Shown here: positions 16,912-36,248 of the stretch, piece by piece
Position numbering within the stretch: the stretch's first letter is position 1
How the letters are laid out: each line of letters starts with the position of its first letter
Origin: the human T2T-CHM13v2.0 reference genome, Homo sapiens
Length of the DNA: 64,000 bases
NCBI RefSeq assembly: GCF_009914755.1
Contig: NC_060948.1
Reading direction: 5' to 3' (one strand)
Made by a program: the position numbers and the translations under genes
The notes under the pieces: model-generated
Told to the model about the DNA's origin: nothing
Database searches by the model: none
The model's input: only the letters and a program-made list of their open reading frames with translations

Positions 16912-19012
16912 AGATCCATATTTTTTAAATGAAAAAAAATTTCAAAGGTACTCTGCTTGGTACAATAATCAAATGTATAAACTGAGGAATAAAACATAAC
17001 CATGAAACCTACTTATAACTGCATATGGAAAATACAGAGGATAATTTTTTAAATAACATATTTTGAAAGCCTTAACTAGTAATTTGAAGAGTTGGCATTT
17101 GTAAGGCCAGTATGAATATACCTTCAAAGCAGCAACACAGGTTCCCCATGAGAAAAAGCAAACACAGGGAAAATAAAAACACAAAGGTTCAATCTGTTCT
17201 GACCTTTGAAAGACACAGCACAGACAGTGGTCCTTAGGACGAAGAGCAGGAGACCCCTAATTCCGTCACCATGGCGATAGGGCATAAACATTGCTGGGTG
17301 AGGGCACAATCCACATTGTGAGGTCCAACTGCTGCCAGGAAGACAGGAGTGCTTTTACATAGACCGAAAGGTCATTGAAGGCTCAGAGTTTTGTTTCAAG
17401 AACTGAATCCCAAGCCCACACGTTATTAGGCTGCGCTTCTTAAAACAAGTTATGAGATGGGAAAAAGGGCACCCACAAACATACGTATACATTATGTATA
17501 TAATAATATACAGTATCATATATATAATATATATAACCTATGTATAATATTGTTTTACATCCTGCATCTTATGTTATATATAGTATAAAATATAATAATT
17601 GATAATATATAAGTTTTATAATTATACAATATGACATATAGTATATATTATAATTTATGACATATATAATATATGTTATATATCATATATAGAATATATT
17701 ATACGTTTAATATACGTATTAAATATAAATTATACATTGTATATATTATATATAATATATCTGTTATATATAATACCCATTATGCATAATATATATATTA
17801 TGTCTATGTTATATATAGTATAAAACAACATATAATAATATATAATTGTATATATAAAACGCGACATATAATATATATTATATTTTATGACATATGTAAT
17901 ATATATTATATATTATATATAATACGTTGTATGTATAATACCTATGTTAAATATATATTATATGACTATGTTATTAATTACATGTCAAATATGTTATATA
18001 TTATATATTTTACATAGAATATACCGGTTACATACAATATATACTATGTTACCTATAATGTATAATTGATTACATGTAAAATAAAGAATGCAATATATTA
18101 TGTATAATTTATAATATACAATATGTGGAATGTGATATATATAACATATAATATATGATATATGATATACAGTATATGATATATAACATACAATATATGA
18201 TACCTAATATATATGGTATACAATTTATATTTTATCATATGTATTCTATATGTTTTATATTCTGTTATATATAACTATTTGAAATTATATATAACTGTAT
18301 AATATTTTATGTAAATATGTAATATAATATATATAACTATATAATATATTATATAAAACTATATATTATGTTATATATACTTTTATAACATAATTTACAT
18401 AAAATGTCATAATATAATATATATTATATTATTTCATATTACATAATATATATTACATATCACCCAATATAAGTAACATACATAATATTATAATATAGAT
18501 TATATTATGTTATATTAAATATCATATATATCATGTATCATATATTCTATAATATATATTATACATTATATAATATGTATGTTGTCTATTATGTGATATA
18601 TATAAGTATATATAATTATATCATTATACATATAACTAGATAAACATGTAATTCTACATATTTTCATTTATAATATATAGAATTATATAATCATATATAA
18701 TTATTTATATTCTATAAAAAATTATATCATTATATAAATTATAATATATAAAAATTATAATATGTACTACAAATATATATATTATATATCATATATGATA
18801 TAGTACCTTTGTTATATATCATAATACATATAAATGTGTATTATGTTATCTATAATTATATAATTTCATATATAAGATCTATAATATATATTATATATTA
18901 TATATGTTATGTAATATATATAGTATATATAAGCTGACACAGGATAAATATTATATACTATGACATATAAAATATATGAGGTTATATGTTACATATAAGG
19001 CATAGCACATAA

Positions 19013-19328
<316 letters not shown>

Positions 19329-21451
19329 AGATCCATATTTTTTAAATGAAAAAAAATTTCAAAGGTACTCTGCTTGGTACAATAATCAAATGTATAAACT
19401 GAGGAATAAAACATAACCATGAAACCTACTTATAACTGCATATGGAAAATACAGAGGATAATTTTTTAAATAACATATTTTGAAAGCCTTAACTAGTAAT
19501 TTGAAGAGTTGGCATTTGTAAGGCCAGTATGAATATACCTTCAAAGCAGCAACACAGGTTCCCCATGAGAAACAGCAAACCCAGGGAAAATAAAACCAAA
19601 AAGGATCAATCTCTTCTGACCTTTGAAAGACACAGCACAGACAGTGGTCCTTAGGACGAAGAGCAGGAGACCCCTAATTCCGTCACCATGGCGATAGGGC
19701 ATAAACATTGCTGGGTGAGGGCACAATCCACATTGAGAGGTCCAACTGCTGCCAGGAAGACAGGAGTGCTTTTACATAGACCGAAAGGTCATTGAAGGCT
19801 CAGAGTTTTGTTTCAAGAACTGAATCCCAAGCCCACACGTTATTAGGCTGCGCTTCTTAAAACAAGTTATGAGATGGGAAAAAGGGCACCCACAAACATA
19901 CGTATACATTAAGTATATAATAATATACAGTATCATATATATAATATATATAACCTATGTATAATATTGTTTTACATCCTGCATCTTATATTTTATATAT
20001 TGTCTAAAATATAATAATTGATAATATATAAGTTTTATATTTATACAATATGACATATAGTATATATTATAATTTATGACATATATAATATATGTTATAT
20101 ATCATATATAGAATATATTATACGCTTAATATACGTATTAAATATAAATTATACATTATATATATTATATATAATATATCTGTTATATATAATACCCATT
20201 ATGCATAATATGTATATTATGTCTATGTTATATATAGTATAAAACAACATATAATAATATATAGTTGTATATATAAAATGCGACATATAATATATATTAT
20301 ATTTTATGACATATGTAATATATATTATATATTATATATAATACGTTGTATGTATAATACCTATATTAAATATATATTATATGACTATGTTATTAATTAC
20401 ATGTCACATGGGTTATATATTATATATTTTACATAGAATATACCGGTTACATACAATATATACTATGTTACCTATAATGTATAATTGATTACATGTAAAA
20501 TAAAGAATGCAATATATTATGTATAATTTATAATACACAATATGTGGAATGTGATATACATAACATATAATATATGATATATGATATACAGTATATGATA
20601 TATAACATACAATATATGATACCTAGTATATATGGTATACAATATATATTTTATGATATGTATTCTATATGTTTTATATTCTGTTATATATAACTATTTG
20701 AAATTATATATAATTGTATAATATTTTATGTAAATATGTAATATAATATATATAACTATATAATATATTATATATAACTATATATAATGTTATATATACT
20801 TTTATATCATAATTTACATAAAATGTCATAATATAATATATATTATATTATTTCAAATTACATAATATATATTACATATCACCCAATATAAGTAACATAC
20901 ATAATATTATAATATAGATTATATTATGTTATGTTAAATATCATATATATCATGTATCATATATACTATAATATATATTATACATTATATATTATGTATG
21001 TTGTCTATTATGTGATATATATAACTATATATTATATTATTATACATATAACTAGATAAACATGTAATTCTACATATTTTCATTTATAATATATAGAATT
21101 ATATAATCATATATAATTATTTATATTCTATAAAAAATTATATCATTATATAAATTATAATATAAAAAAATTATAATATGTACTACAAATATATATATTA
21201 TATATCATATATGATATAGTACCTTTGTTATATATCATAATACATATAAATGTGTATTATGTTATCTATAATTATATAATTTCATATATAAGATGTATAA
21301 TATGTATTATATATTGTATATGTTATGTAATATATATAGTATATATAAGCTGACACAGGATAAATATTATATACTATGACATATAAAATATATGAGGTTA
21401 TATGTTACATATAAGGCATAGCACATAACATGTAATATATATCATATATAA

Positions 21452-21743
<292 letters not shown>

Positions 21744-23853
21744 AGATCCATATTTTTTAAATGAAAAAAAATTTCAAAGGTACTCTGCTTGGTACAATAA
21801 TCAAATGTATAAACTGAGGAATAAAACATAACCATGAAACCTACTTATAACTGCATATGGAAAATACAGAGGATAATTTTTTAAATAACATATTTTGAAA
21901 GCCTTAACTAGTAATTTGAAGAGTTGGCATTTGAAAGGCCAGTATGAATATACCTTCAAAGCAGCAACACAGGTTCCCCGTGAGAAACAGCAAACTCAGG
22001 GAAAATAAAACCACAAAGGTACAAGCTCTTCTGACCTTTGAAAGACACAGCACAGACAGTGGTCCTTAGGACGAAGAGCAGGAGACCCCTAATTCCGTCA
22101 CCATGGCGATAGGGCATAAACATTGCTGGGTGAGGGCACAATCCACATTGTGAGGTCCAACTGCTGCCAGGAAGACAGGAGTGCTTTTACATAGACCGAA
22201 AGGTCATTGAAGGCTCAGAGTTTTGTTTCAAGAACTGAATCCCAAGCCCACACGTTATTAGGCTGCGCTTCTTAAAACAAGTTATGAGATGGGAAAAAGG
22301 GCACCCACAAACATACGTATACATTATGTATATAATAATATACAGTATCATATATATAATATATATAACCTATGTATAATATTGTTTTACATCCTGCATC
22401 TTATATTATATATATTGTCTAAAATATAATAATTGATAATATATAAGTTTTATATTTATACAATATGACATATAGTATATATTATAATTTATGACATATA
22501 TAATATATGTTATATATCATATATAGAATATATTATACGGTTAATATACGTATTAAATATAAATTATACATTATATATATTATATATAATATATCTGTTA
22601 TATATAATACCCATTATGCATAATATGTATATTATGTCTATGTTATATATAGTATAAAACAACATATAATAATATATAATTGTATATATAAACTGCGACA
22701 TATAATATATATTATATTTTATGACATATGTAATATATATTATATATTATATATAATACGTTGTATGTATAATACCTATATTAAATATATATTATATGAC
22801 TATGTTATTCATTACATGTCACATGTGTTATATATTATATATTTTACATAGAATATACCGGTTACATACAATATATACTATGTTACCTATAATGTATAAT
22901 TGATTACATGTAAAATAAAGAATGCAATATATTATGTATAATTTATAATATACAATATGTGGAATGTGATATATATAACATATAATATATGATATATGAT
23001 ATACAGTATATGATATATAACATACAATATATGATACCTAGTATATATGGTATACAATATATATTTTATGATATGTATTCTATATGTTTTATATTCTGTT
23101 ATATATAACTATTTGAAATTATATATAACTGTATAATATTTTATGTAAATATGTAATATTATATATATAACTATATAATATATTATATATAACTATATAT
23201 TATGTTATATATACTTTTATATCATAATTTACATAAAATGTCATAAAATAATATATATTATATTATTTCATATTACATAATATATATTACATATCACCCA
23301 ATATAAGTAACATACATAATATTATAATATAGATTATATTATGTTATGTTAAATATCATATATATCATGTATCATATATTCTATAATATATATTATACAT
23401 TATATAATATGTATGATGTCTATTATGTGATATATATAACTATATATTATTATATTATTATACATATAACTAGATAAACATGTAATTCTACATATTTTCA
23501 TTTATAATATATAGAATTATATAATCATATATAATTATTTATATTCTATAAAAAATTATATCATTATATAAATTATAATATAAAAAAATTATAATATGTA
23601 CTACAAATATATATATTATATATCATATATGATATAGTACCTTTGTTATATATCGTAATACATATAAATGTGTATTATGTTATCTATAATTATATAATTT
23701 CATATATAAGATGTATAATATGTATTATGTATTGTATATGTTATGTAATGTATATAGTATATATAAGCTGACACAGGATAAATATTATATACTATGACAT
23801 ATAAAATATATGAGGTTATATGTTACATATAAGGCATAGCACATAACATGTAA

Positions 23854-24160
<307 letters not shown>

Positions 24161-26270
24161 AGATCCATATTTTTTAAATGAAAAAAAATTTCAAAGGTAC
24201 TCTGCTTGGTACAATAATCAAATGTATAAACTGAGGAATAAAACATAACCATGAAACCTACTTATAACTGCATATGGAAAATACAGAGGATAATTTTTTA
24301 AATAACATATTTTGAAAGCCTTAACTAGTAATTTGAAGAGTTGGCATTTGTAAGGCCAGTATGAATATACCTTCAATGCAGCAACACATGTTCCCCATGA
24401 GAAAAAGCAAACTCAGGGAAAATAAAACCACAAAGGTTCAATCTCTTCTGACCTTTGAAAGACACAGCACAGACAGTGGTCCTTAGGACGAAGAGCAGGA
24501 GACCCCTAATTCCGTCACCATGGCGATAGGGCATAAACATTGCTGGGTGAGGGCACAATCCACATTGTGAGGTCCAACTGCTGCCAGGAAGACAGGAGTG
24601 CTTTTACATAGACCAAAAGGTCATTGAAGGCTCAGAGTTTTGTTTCAAGAACTGAATCCCAAGCCCACACGTTATTAGGCTGCGCTTCTTAAAACAAGTT
24701 ATGAGATGGGAAAAAGGGCACCCACAAACATACGTATACATTATGTATATAATAATATACAGTATCATATATATAATATATATAACCTATGTATAATATT
24801 GTTTTACATCCTGCATCTTATATTATATATATTGTCTAAAATATAATAATTGATAATATATAAGTTTTATATTTATACAATATGACATATAGTATATATT
24901 ATAATTTATGACATATATAATATATGTTATATATCATATATAGAATATATTATACGGTTAATATACGTATTAAATATAAATTATACATTATATATATTAT
25001 ATATAATATATCTGTTATATATAATACCCATTATGCATAATATGTATATTATGTCTATGTTATATATAGTATAAAACAACATATAATAATATATAATTGT
25101 ATATATAAAATGCGACATATAATATATATTATATTTTATGACATATGTAATATATATTATATATTATATATAATACGTTGTATGTATAATACCTATATTA
25201 AATATATATTATATGACTATGTTATTCATTACATGTCACATGTGTTATATATTATATATTTTACATAGAATATACCGGTTACATACAATATATACTATGT
25301 TACCTATAATGTATAATTGATTACATGTAAAATAAAGAATGCAATATATTATGTATAATTTATAATATACAATATGTGGAATGTGATATATATAACATAT
25401 AATATATGATATATGATATACAGTATATGATATATAACATACAATATATGATACCTAGTATATATGGTATACAATATATATTTTATGATATGTATTCTAT
25501 ATGTTTTATATTCTGTTATATATAACTATTTGAAATTATATATAACTGTATAATATTTTATGTAAATATGTAATATTATATATATAACTATATAATATAT
25601 TATATATAACTATATATTATGTTATATATACTTTTATATCATAATTTACATAAAATGTCATAAAATAATATATATTATATTATTTCATATTACATAATAT
25701 ATATTACATATCACCCAATATAAGTAACATACATAATATTATAATATAGATTATATTATGTTATGTTAAATATCATATATATCATGTATCATATATTCTA
25801 TAATATATATTATACATTATATAATATGTATGATGTCTATTATGTGATATATATAACTATATATTATTATATTATTATACATATAACTAGATAAACATGT
25901 AATTCTACATATTTTCATTTATAATATATAGAATTATATAATCATATATAATTATTTATATTCTATAAAAAATTATATCATTATATAAATTATAATATAA
26001 AAAAATTATAATATGTACTACAAATATATATATTATATATCATATATGATATAGTACCTTTGTTATATATCGTAATACATATAAATGTGTATTATGTTAT
26101 CTATAATTATATAATTTCATATATAAGATGTATAATATGTATTATGTATTGTATATGTTATGTAATGTATATAGTATATATAAGCTGACACAGGATAAAT
26201 ATTATATACTATGACATATAAAATATATGAGGTTATATGTTACATATAAGGCATAGCACATAACATGTAA

Positions 26271-26577
<307 letters not shown>

Positions 26578-28705
26578 AGATCCATATTTTTTAAATGAAA
26601 AAAAATTTCAAAGGTACTCTGCTTGGTACAATAATCAAATGTATAAACTGAGGAATAAAACATAACCATGAAACCTACTTATAACTGCATATGGAAAATA
26701 CAGAGGATAATTTTTTAAATAACATATTTTGAAAGCCTTAACTAGTAATTTGAAGAGTTGGCATTTGTAAGGCCAGTATGAATATACCTTCAATGCAGCA
26801 ACACATGTTCCCCATGAGAAAAAGCAAACTCAGGGAAAATAAAACCACAAAGGTTCAATCTCTTCTGACCTTTGAAAGACACAGCACAGACAGTGGTCCT
26901 TAGGACGAAGAGCAGGAGACCCCTAATTCCGTCACCATGGCGATAGGGCATAAACATTGCTGGGTGAGGGCACAATCCACATTGTGAGGTCCAACTGCTG
27001 CCAGGAAGACAGGAGTGCTTTTACATAGACCAAAAGGTCATTGAAGGCTCAGAGTTTTGTTTCAAGAACTGAATCCCAAGCCCACACGTTATTAGGCTGC
27101 GCTTCTTAAAACAAGTTATGAGATGGGAAAAAGGGCACCCACAAACATACGTATACATTATGTATATAATAATATACAGTATCATATATAAAATATGTAT
27201 AACCTATGTATAATATTGTTTTACATCCTGCATCTTATATTATATATATTGTATAAAATATAATAATTGATAATATATAAGTTTTATATTTATACAATAT
27301 GACATATAGTATATATTATACTTTATGACATATATAATATATGTTATATATCATATATAGAATATATTATACGGTTAATATACGTATTAAATATAAATTA
27401 TACATTATATATATTATATAAAATATATCTGTTATATATAATACCCATTATGCATAATATATATATTATGTCTATGTTATATATAGTATAAAACAACATA
27501 TAATAATATATAATTGTATATATAAAATGCGACATATAATATATATTATATTTTATGACATATGTAATATATATTATATATTATATATAATACGTTGTAT
27601 GTATAATACCTATGTTAAATATATATTATATGACTATGTTATTAATTACATGTCACATATGTTATATATTATATATTTTACATAGAATATACCGGTTACA
27701 TACAATATATACTATGTTACCTATAATGTATAATTGATTACATGTAAAATAAAGAATGCAATATATTATGTATAATTTATAATATACAATATGTGGAATG
27801 TGATATATATAACATATAATATATGATATATGATATACAGTATATGATATATAACATACAATATATGATACCTAATATATATGGTATACAATATATATTT
27901 TAAGATATGCATTCTATATGTTTTATATTCTGTTATATATAACTATTTGAAATTATATAGAACTGTATAATATTTTATGTAAATATGTAATATAATATAT
28001 ATAACTATATAATATATTATATATAACTATATATTATGTTATATATACTTTTATAACATAATTTACATAAAATGTCATAATATAATATATATTATATTAT
28101 TTCACATTACATAATATATATTACATATCACCCAATATAAGTAACATACATAATATTATAATATAGATTATATTATGTTATATTAAATATCATATATATC
28201 ATGTATCATATATTCTATAATATATATTACACATTATATAATATGTATGTTGTCTATTTTGTGATATATAAAACTATATATATAATTATATTATTATACA
28301 TATAACTAGATAAACATGTAATTCTACATATTTTCATTTGTAATATATAGAATTATATAATCATATATAATTATTTATATTCTATAAAAAATTATATCAT
28401 TATATAAATTATAATATAAAAAAATTATAATATGTACTACAAATATACATATTATATATCATATATGATATAGTACCTTTGTTATATATCATAATACATA
28501 TAAATGTGTATTATGTTATCTATAATTATATAATTTCATATATAAGATGTATAATATGTATTATATATTGTCTATGTTATGTAATATATATAGTATATGT
28601 AAGCTGACACAGAATAAATATTATATACTACGACATATAAAATATATGAGGTTATATGTTACATATAAGGCATAGCACATAACATGTAATATATATCATA
28701 TATAA

Positions 28706-28997
<292 letters not shown>

Positions 28998-31101
28998 AGA
29001 TCCATATTTTTTAAATGAAAAAAAATTTCAAAGGTACTCTGCTTGGTACAATAATCAAATGTATAAACTGAGGAATAAAACATAACCATGAAACCTACTT
29101 ATAACTGCATATGGAAAATACAGAGGATAATTTTTTAAATAACATATTTTGAAAGCCTTAACTAGTAATTTGAAGAGTTGGCATTTGAAAGGCCAGTATG
29201 AATATACCTTCAAAGCAGCAACACAGGTTCCCCATGAGAAAAAGCAAACTCAGGGAAAATAAAACCACAAAGGTTCAATCTCTTCTGACCTTTGAAAGAC
29301 ACAGCACAGACAGTGGTCCTTAGGACGAAGAGCAGGAGACCCCTAATTCCGTCACCATGGCGATAGGGCATAAACATTGCTGGGTGAGGGCACAATCCAT
29401 ATTGAGAGGTCCAACTGCTGCCAGGAAGACGGGAGTGCTTTTACATAGACCGAAATGTCATTGAAGGCTCAGAGTTTTGTTTCAAGAACTGAATCCCAAG
29501 CCCACACGTTAGTAGGCTGCGCTTCTTAAAACAAGTTATTAGATGGGAAAAAGGGCACCCACAAACATACGTATACATTATGTATATAATAATATACAGT
29601 ATCATATATATAATATATATAACCTATGTATAATATTGTTTTACATCCTGCATCTTATATTATATATATTGTATAAAATATAAAATTCATAATACATAAC
29701 GTTTATATTTATAAAATATGACATATAGTATATATTATAATTTATGACATATATAATATATGTTATATATCATATATAGAATATATTATACGGTTAATAT
29801 ACATATTAAATATAAATTATACATTATATATATTATATAAAATATATCTGTTATATATAATACCCTTTATACATAATATATATATTATGTCTATGTTATA
29901 TATAGTATAAAACAACATATAATAATATATAATTGTATATATAAAATGCGACATATAATATATATTATATTTTATGACATATGTAATATATATTATATAT
30001 TATATATAATACGTTGTATGTATAATACCTATATTAAATATATATTATATGACTATGTTATTAATTACATGTCACATATGTTATATATTATATATTTTAC
30101 ATAGAATATACCGGTTACATACAATATATACTATGTTACCTATAATGTATAATTGATTACATGTAAAATAAAGAATGCAATATATTATGTATAATTTATA
30201 ATATACAATATGTGGAATGTGATATATATAACATATAATATATGATATATGATATACAGTATATGATATATAACACACAATATATGATACCTAATATATA
30301 TGGTATACAATATATATTTTATGATATGTATTCTGTATGTTTTATATTCTGTTATATATAACTATTTGAAATTATATATAACTGTATAATATTTTATGTA
30401 AATATGTAATAAAATATATATAACTATATAATATATTATATATAACTATATATTATGTTATATATACTTTTATAACATAATTTACATTAAATATCATAAT
30501 ATAATATATATTATATTATTTCACATTACATAATATATATTACATATCACCCAATATAAGTAGCATACATAATATTATAATATAGATTATATTATGTTAT
30601 ATTAAATATCATATATATCATGTATCATATATTCTATAATATATATTACACATTATATAATATGTATGTTGTCTATTATGTGATATATATAACTATATAT
30701 ATAATTATATTATTATACATATAACTAGATAAACATGAAATTCTACATATTTTCATTTATAATATATAGAATTATATAATCATATATAATTATTTATATT
30801 CTATAAAAAATTATATCATTATATAAATTATAATATATAAAAATTATAATATGTACTACAAATATATATATTATATATCATATATGATATAGTACCTTTG
30901 TTATATATCATAATACATATAAATGTGTATTATGTTATCTACAATTATATAATTTCATATATAAGATATATAATATGTATTATATATTGTATATGCTATG
31001 TAATATATATAGTATATATAAGCTGACACAGGATAAATATTATATACTATGACATATAAAATATATGAGGTTATATGTTACATATAAGGCATAGCACATA
31101 A

Positions 31102-31416
<315 letters not shown>

Positions 31417-33539
31417 AGATCCATATTTTGTAAATGGAAAACAATTTCAAAAGTACTCTGCTTGGTACAATAATCAAATGTATAAACTGAGGAATGAAAC
31501 ATAACCATGAAACCTACTTATAACTGCATATGGAAAATACTGAGGATAATTTTTTAAATAACATATTTTGAAAGCCTTAACTAGTAATTTGAAGAGTTGG
31601 CATTTGAAAGGCCAGTATGAATATACCTTCAAAGCAGCAACACAGGTTCCCCATGAGAAAAAGCAAACTCAGGGAAAATAAAACCACAAAGGTTCAATCT
31701 CTTCTGACCTTTGAAAGACACAGCACAGACAGTGGTCCTTAGGACGAAGAGCAGGAGACCCCTAATTCCGTCACCATGGTGATAGGACATAAACATTGCT
31801 GGGTGAGGGCACAATCCACATTGTGAGGTCCAACTGCTGCCAGGAAGACAGGACTGCTTTTACATAGACCGAAAGGTCATTGAAGGCTCAGAGTTTTGTT
31901 TCAAGAACTGAATCCCAAGCCCACATGTTATTAGGCTGCGCTTCTTAAAACAAGTTATTAGATGGGAAAAAGGGCACCCACAAACATACGTATACATTAT
32001 GTATATAATAATATACAGTATCATATATATAATATATATAACCTATGTATAATATTGTTTTACATCCTGCATCTTATATTATATATATTGTCTAAAATAT
32101 AATAATTGATAATATATAAGTTTTATATTTATACAATATGACATATAGTATATAGTATAATTTATGACATATATAATATATGTTATATATCATATATAGA
32201 ATATATTATACGGTTAATATACGTATTAAATATAAATTATACATTCTATATATTATATATAATATATCTGTTATATATAATACCCATTATGCATAATATA
32301 TATATTATGTCTATGTTATATATAGTATAAAACAACATATAATAATATATAATTGTATATATAAAATGCGACATATAATATATATTTTATTTTATGACAT
32401 ATGTAATATATATTATATATTATATATAATATGTTGTATGTATAATACCTATATTAAATATATATTATATGACTATGTTATTAATTACATGTCACATATG
32501 TTATATATTATATATTTTACATAGAATATACCGGTTACATACAATTTATACTATGTTACCTATAATGTATAATTGATTACATGTAAAATAAAGAATGCAA
32601 TATATTATGTATAATTTATAATATACAATATGTGGAATGTGATATATATAACATATAATATATGATGTATGATATACAGTATATGATATATAACATACAA
32701 TATATGATACCTAATATATATGGTATACAATATATATTTTATGATATGTATTCTATATGTTTTATATTCTGTTATATATAACTATTTGAAATTATATATA
32801 ACTGTATATTTTATGTAAATATGTAATATAATATATATAACTATATAATATATTATATATAATTATATATTATGTTATATATACTTTTATAACATAATTT
32901 ACATAAAATGTCATAATATAATATATATTATATTATTTCACATTACATAATATATATTACATATCACCCAATATAAGTAACATACATAATATTATAATAT
33001 AGATTATATTATGTTATATTAAATATCATATATATCATGTATCATATATTCTATAATATATATTACACATTATATAATATGTATGTTGTCTATTATGTGA
33101 TATATATAACTATATATAATTATATTATTATACATATAACTAGATAAACATGTAATTCTACATATTTTCATTTATAATATATAGAATTATATAATCATAT
33201 ATAATTATTTATATTCTATAAAAAATTATATCTTTATATAAATTATAATATAAAAAAATTATAATATGTACTACAAACATATATATTATATATCATATAT
33301 GATATAGTACCTTTGTTATATATCATAATACATATAAATGTGTATTATGTTATCTATAATTATATAATTTCATATATAAGATGTATAATATGTATTTTAT
33401 ATTGTATATGTTATGTAAAATATATAGTATATATAAGCTGACACAGGATAAATATTATATACTATGACATATAAAATATATGAGGTTATATGTTACATAT
33501 AAGGCATAGCACATAACATGTAATATATATCATATATAA

Positions 33540-33831
<292 letters not shown>

Positions 33832-35927
33832 AGATCCATATTTTTTAAATGAAAAAAAATTTCAAAGGTACTCTGCTTGGTACAATAATCAAATGTATAA
33901 ACTGAGGAATAAAACATAACCATGAAACCTACTTATAACTGCATATGGAAAATACAGAGGATAATTTTTTAAATAACATATTTTGAAAGCCTTAACTAGT
34001 AATTTGAAGAGTTGGCATTTGAAAGGCCAGTATGAATATACCTTCAAAGCAGCAACACAGGTTCCCCATGAGAAACAGCAAACTCAGGGAAAATAAAACC
34101 ACAAAGGTTCAAGCTCTTCTGACCTTTGAAAGACACAGCACAGACAGTGGTCCTTAGGACGAAGAGCAGGAGACCCCTAATTCCGTCACCATGGCGATAG
34201 GGCATAAACATTGCTGGGTGAGGGCACAATCCACATTGTGAGGTCCAACTGCTGCCAGGAAGACAGGAGTGCTTTTACATAGACCGAAAGGTCATTGAAG
34301 GCTCAGAGTTTTGTTTCAAGAACTGAATCCCAAGCCCACACGTTATTAGGCTGCGCTTCGTAAAACAAGCTATGAGATGGGAAAAAGGGCACCCACAAAC
34401 ATACGTATACATTATGTATATAATAATATACAGTATCATATATATAATATATATAACCTATGTATAATATTGTTTTACATCCTGCATCTTATATTATATA
34501 TATTGTCTAAAATATAATAATTGATAATATATAAGTTTTATATTTATACAATATGACATATAGTATATATTATAATTTATGACATATATAATATATGTTA
34601 TATATCATATATAGAATATATTATACGGTTAATATACGTATTAAATATAAATTATACATTATATATATTATATATAATATATCTGTTATATATAATACCC
34701 ATTATGCATAATATGTATATTATGTCTATGTTATATATAGTATAAAACAACATATAATAATATATATTTGTATATATAAAATGCGACATATAATATATAT
34801 TATATTTTATGACATATGTAATATATATTATATATTATATATAATACGTTGTATGTATAATACCTATATTAAATATATATTATATGACTATGTTATTAAT
34901 TACATGTCACATGTGTTATATATTATATATTTTACATAGAATATACCGGTTACATACAATATATACTATGTTACCTATAATGTATAATTGATTACATGTA
35001 AAATAAAGAATGCAATATATTATGTATAATTTATAATATACAATATGTGGAATGTGATATATATAACATATAATATATGATATATGATATACAGTATATG
35101 ATATATAACATACAATATATGATACCTAGTATATATGGTATACAATATATATTTTATGATATGTATTCTATATGTTTTATATTCTGTTATATATAACTAT
35201 TTGAAATTATATATAACTGTATAATATTTTATGTAAATATGTAATATAATATATATAACTATATAATATATTATATATAACTATATATTATGTTATATAT
35301 ACTTTTATATCATAATTTACATAAAATGTCATAATATAATATATATTATATTATTTCATATTACATAATATATATTACATATCACCCAATATAAGTAACA
35401 TACATAATATTATAATATAGATTATATTATGTTATGTTAAATATCATATATATCATGTATCATATATTCTATAATATATATTATACATTATATAATATGT
35501 ATGTTGTCTATTATGTGATATATATAACTATATATTATTATATTATTATACATATAACTAGATAAACATGCAATTCTACATATTTTCATTTATAATATAT
35601 AGAATTATATAATCATATATAATTATTTATATTCTATAAAAAATTATATCATTATATAAATTATAATATAAAAAAATTATAATATGTACTACAAATATAT
35701 ATATTATATATCATATATGATATAGTACCTTTGTTATATATCATAATACATATAAATGTGTATTATGTTATCTATAATTATATAATTTCATATATAAGAT
35801 GTATAATATGTATTATATATTGTATATGTTATGTAATATATATAGTATATATAAGCTGACACAGGATAAATATTATATACTATGACATATAAAATATATG
35901 AGGTTATATGTTACATATAAGGCATAG

Positions 35928-36248
<321 letters not shown>

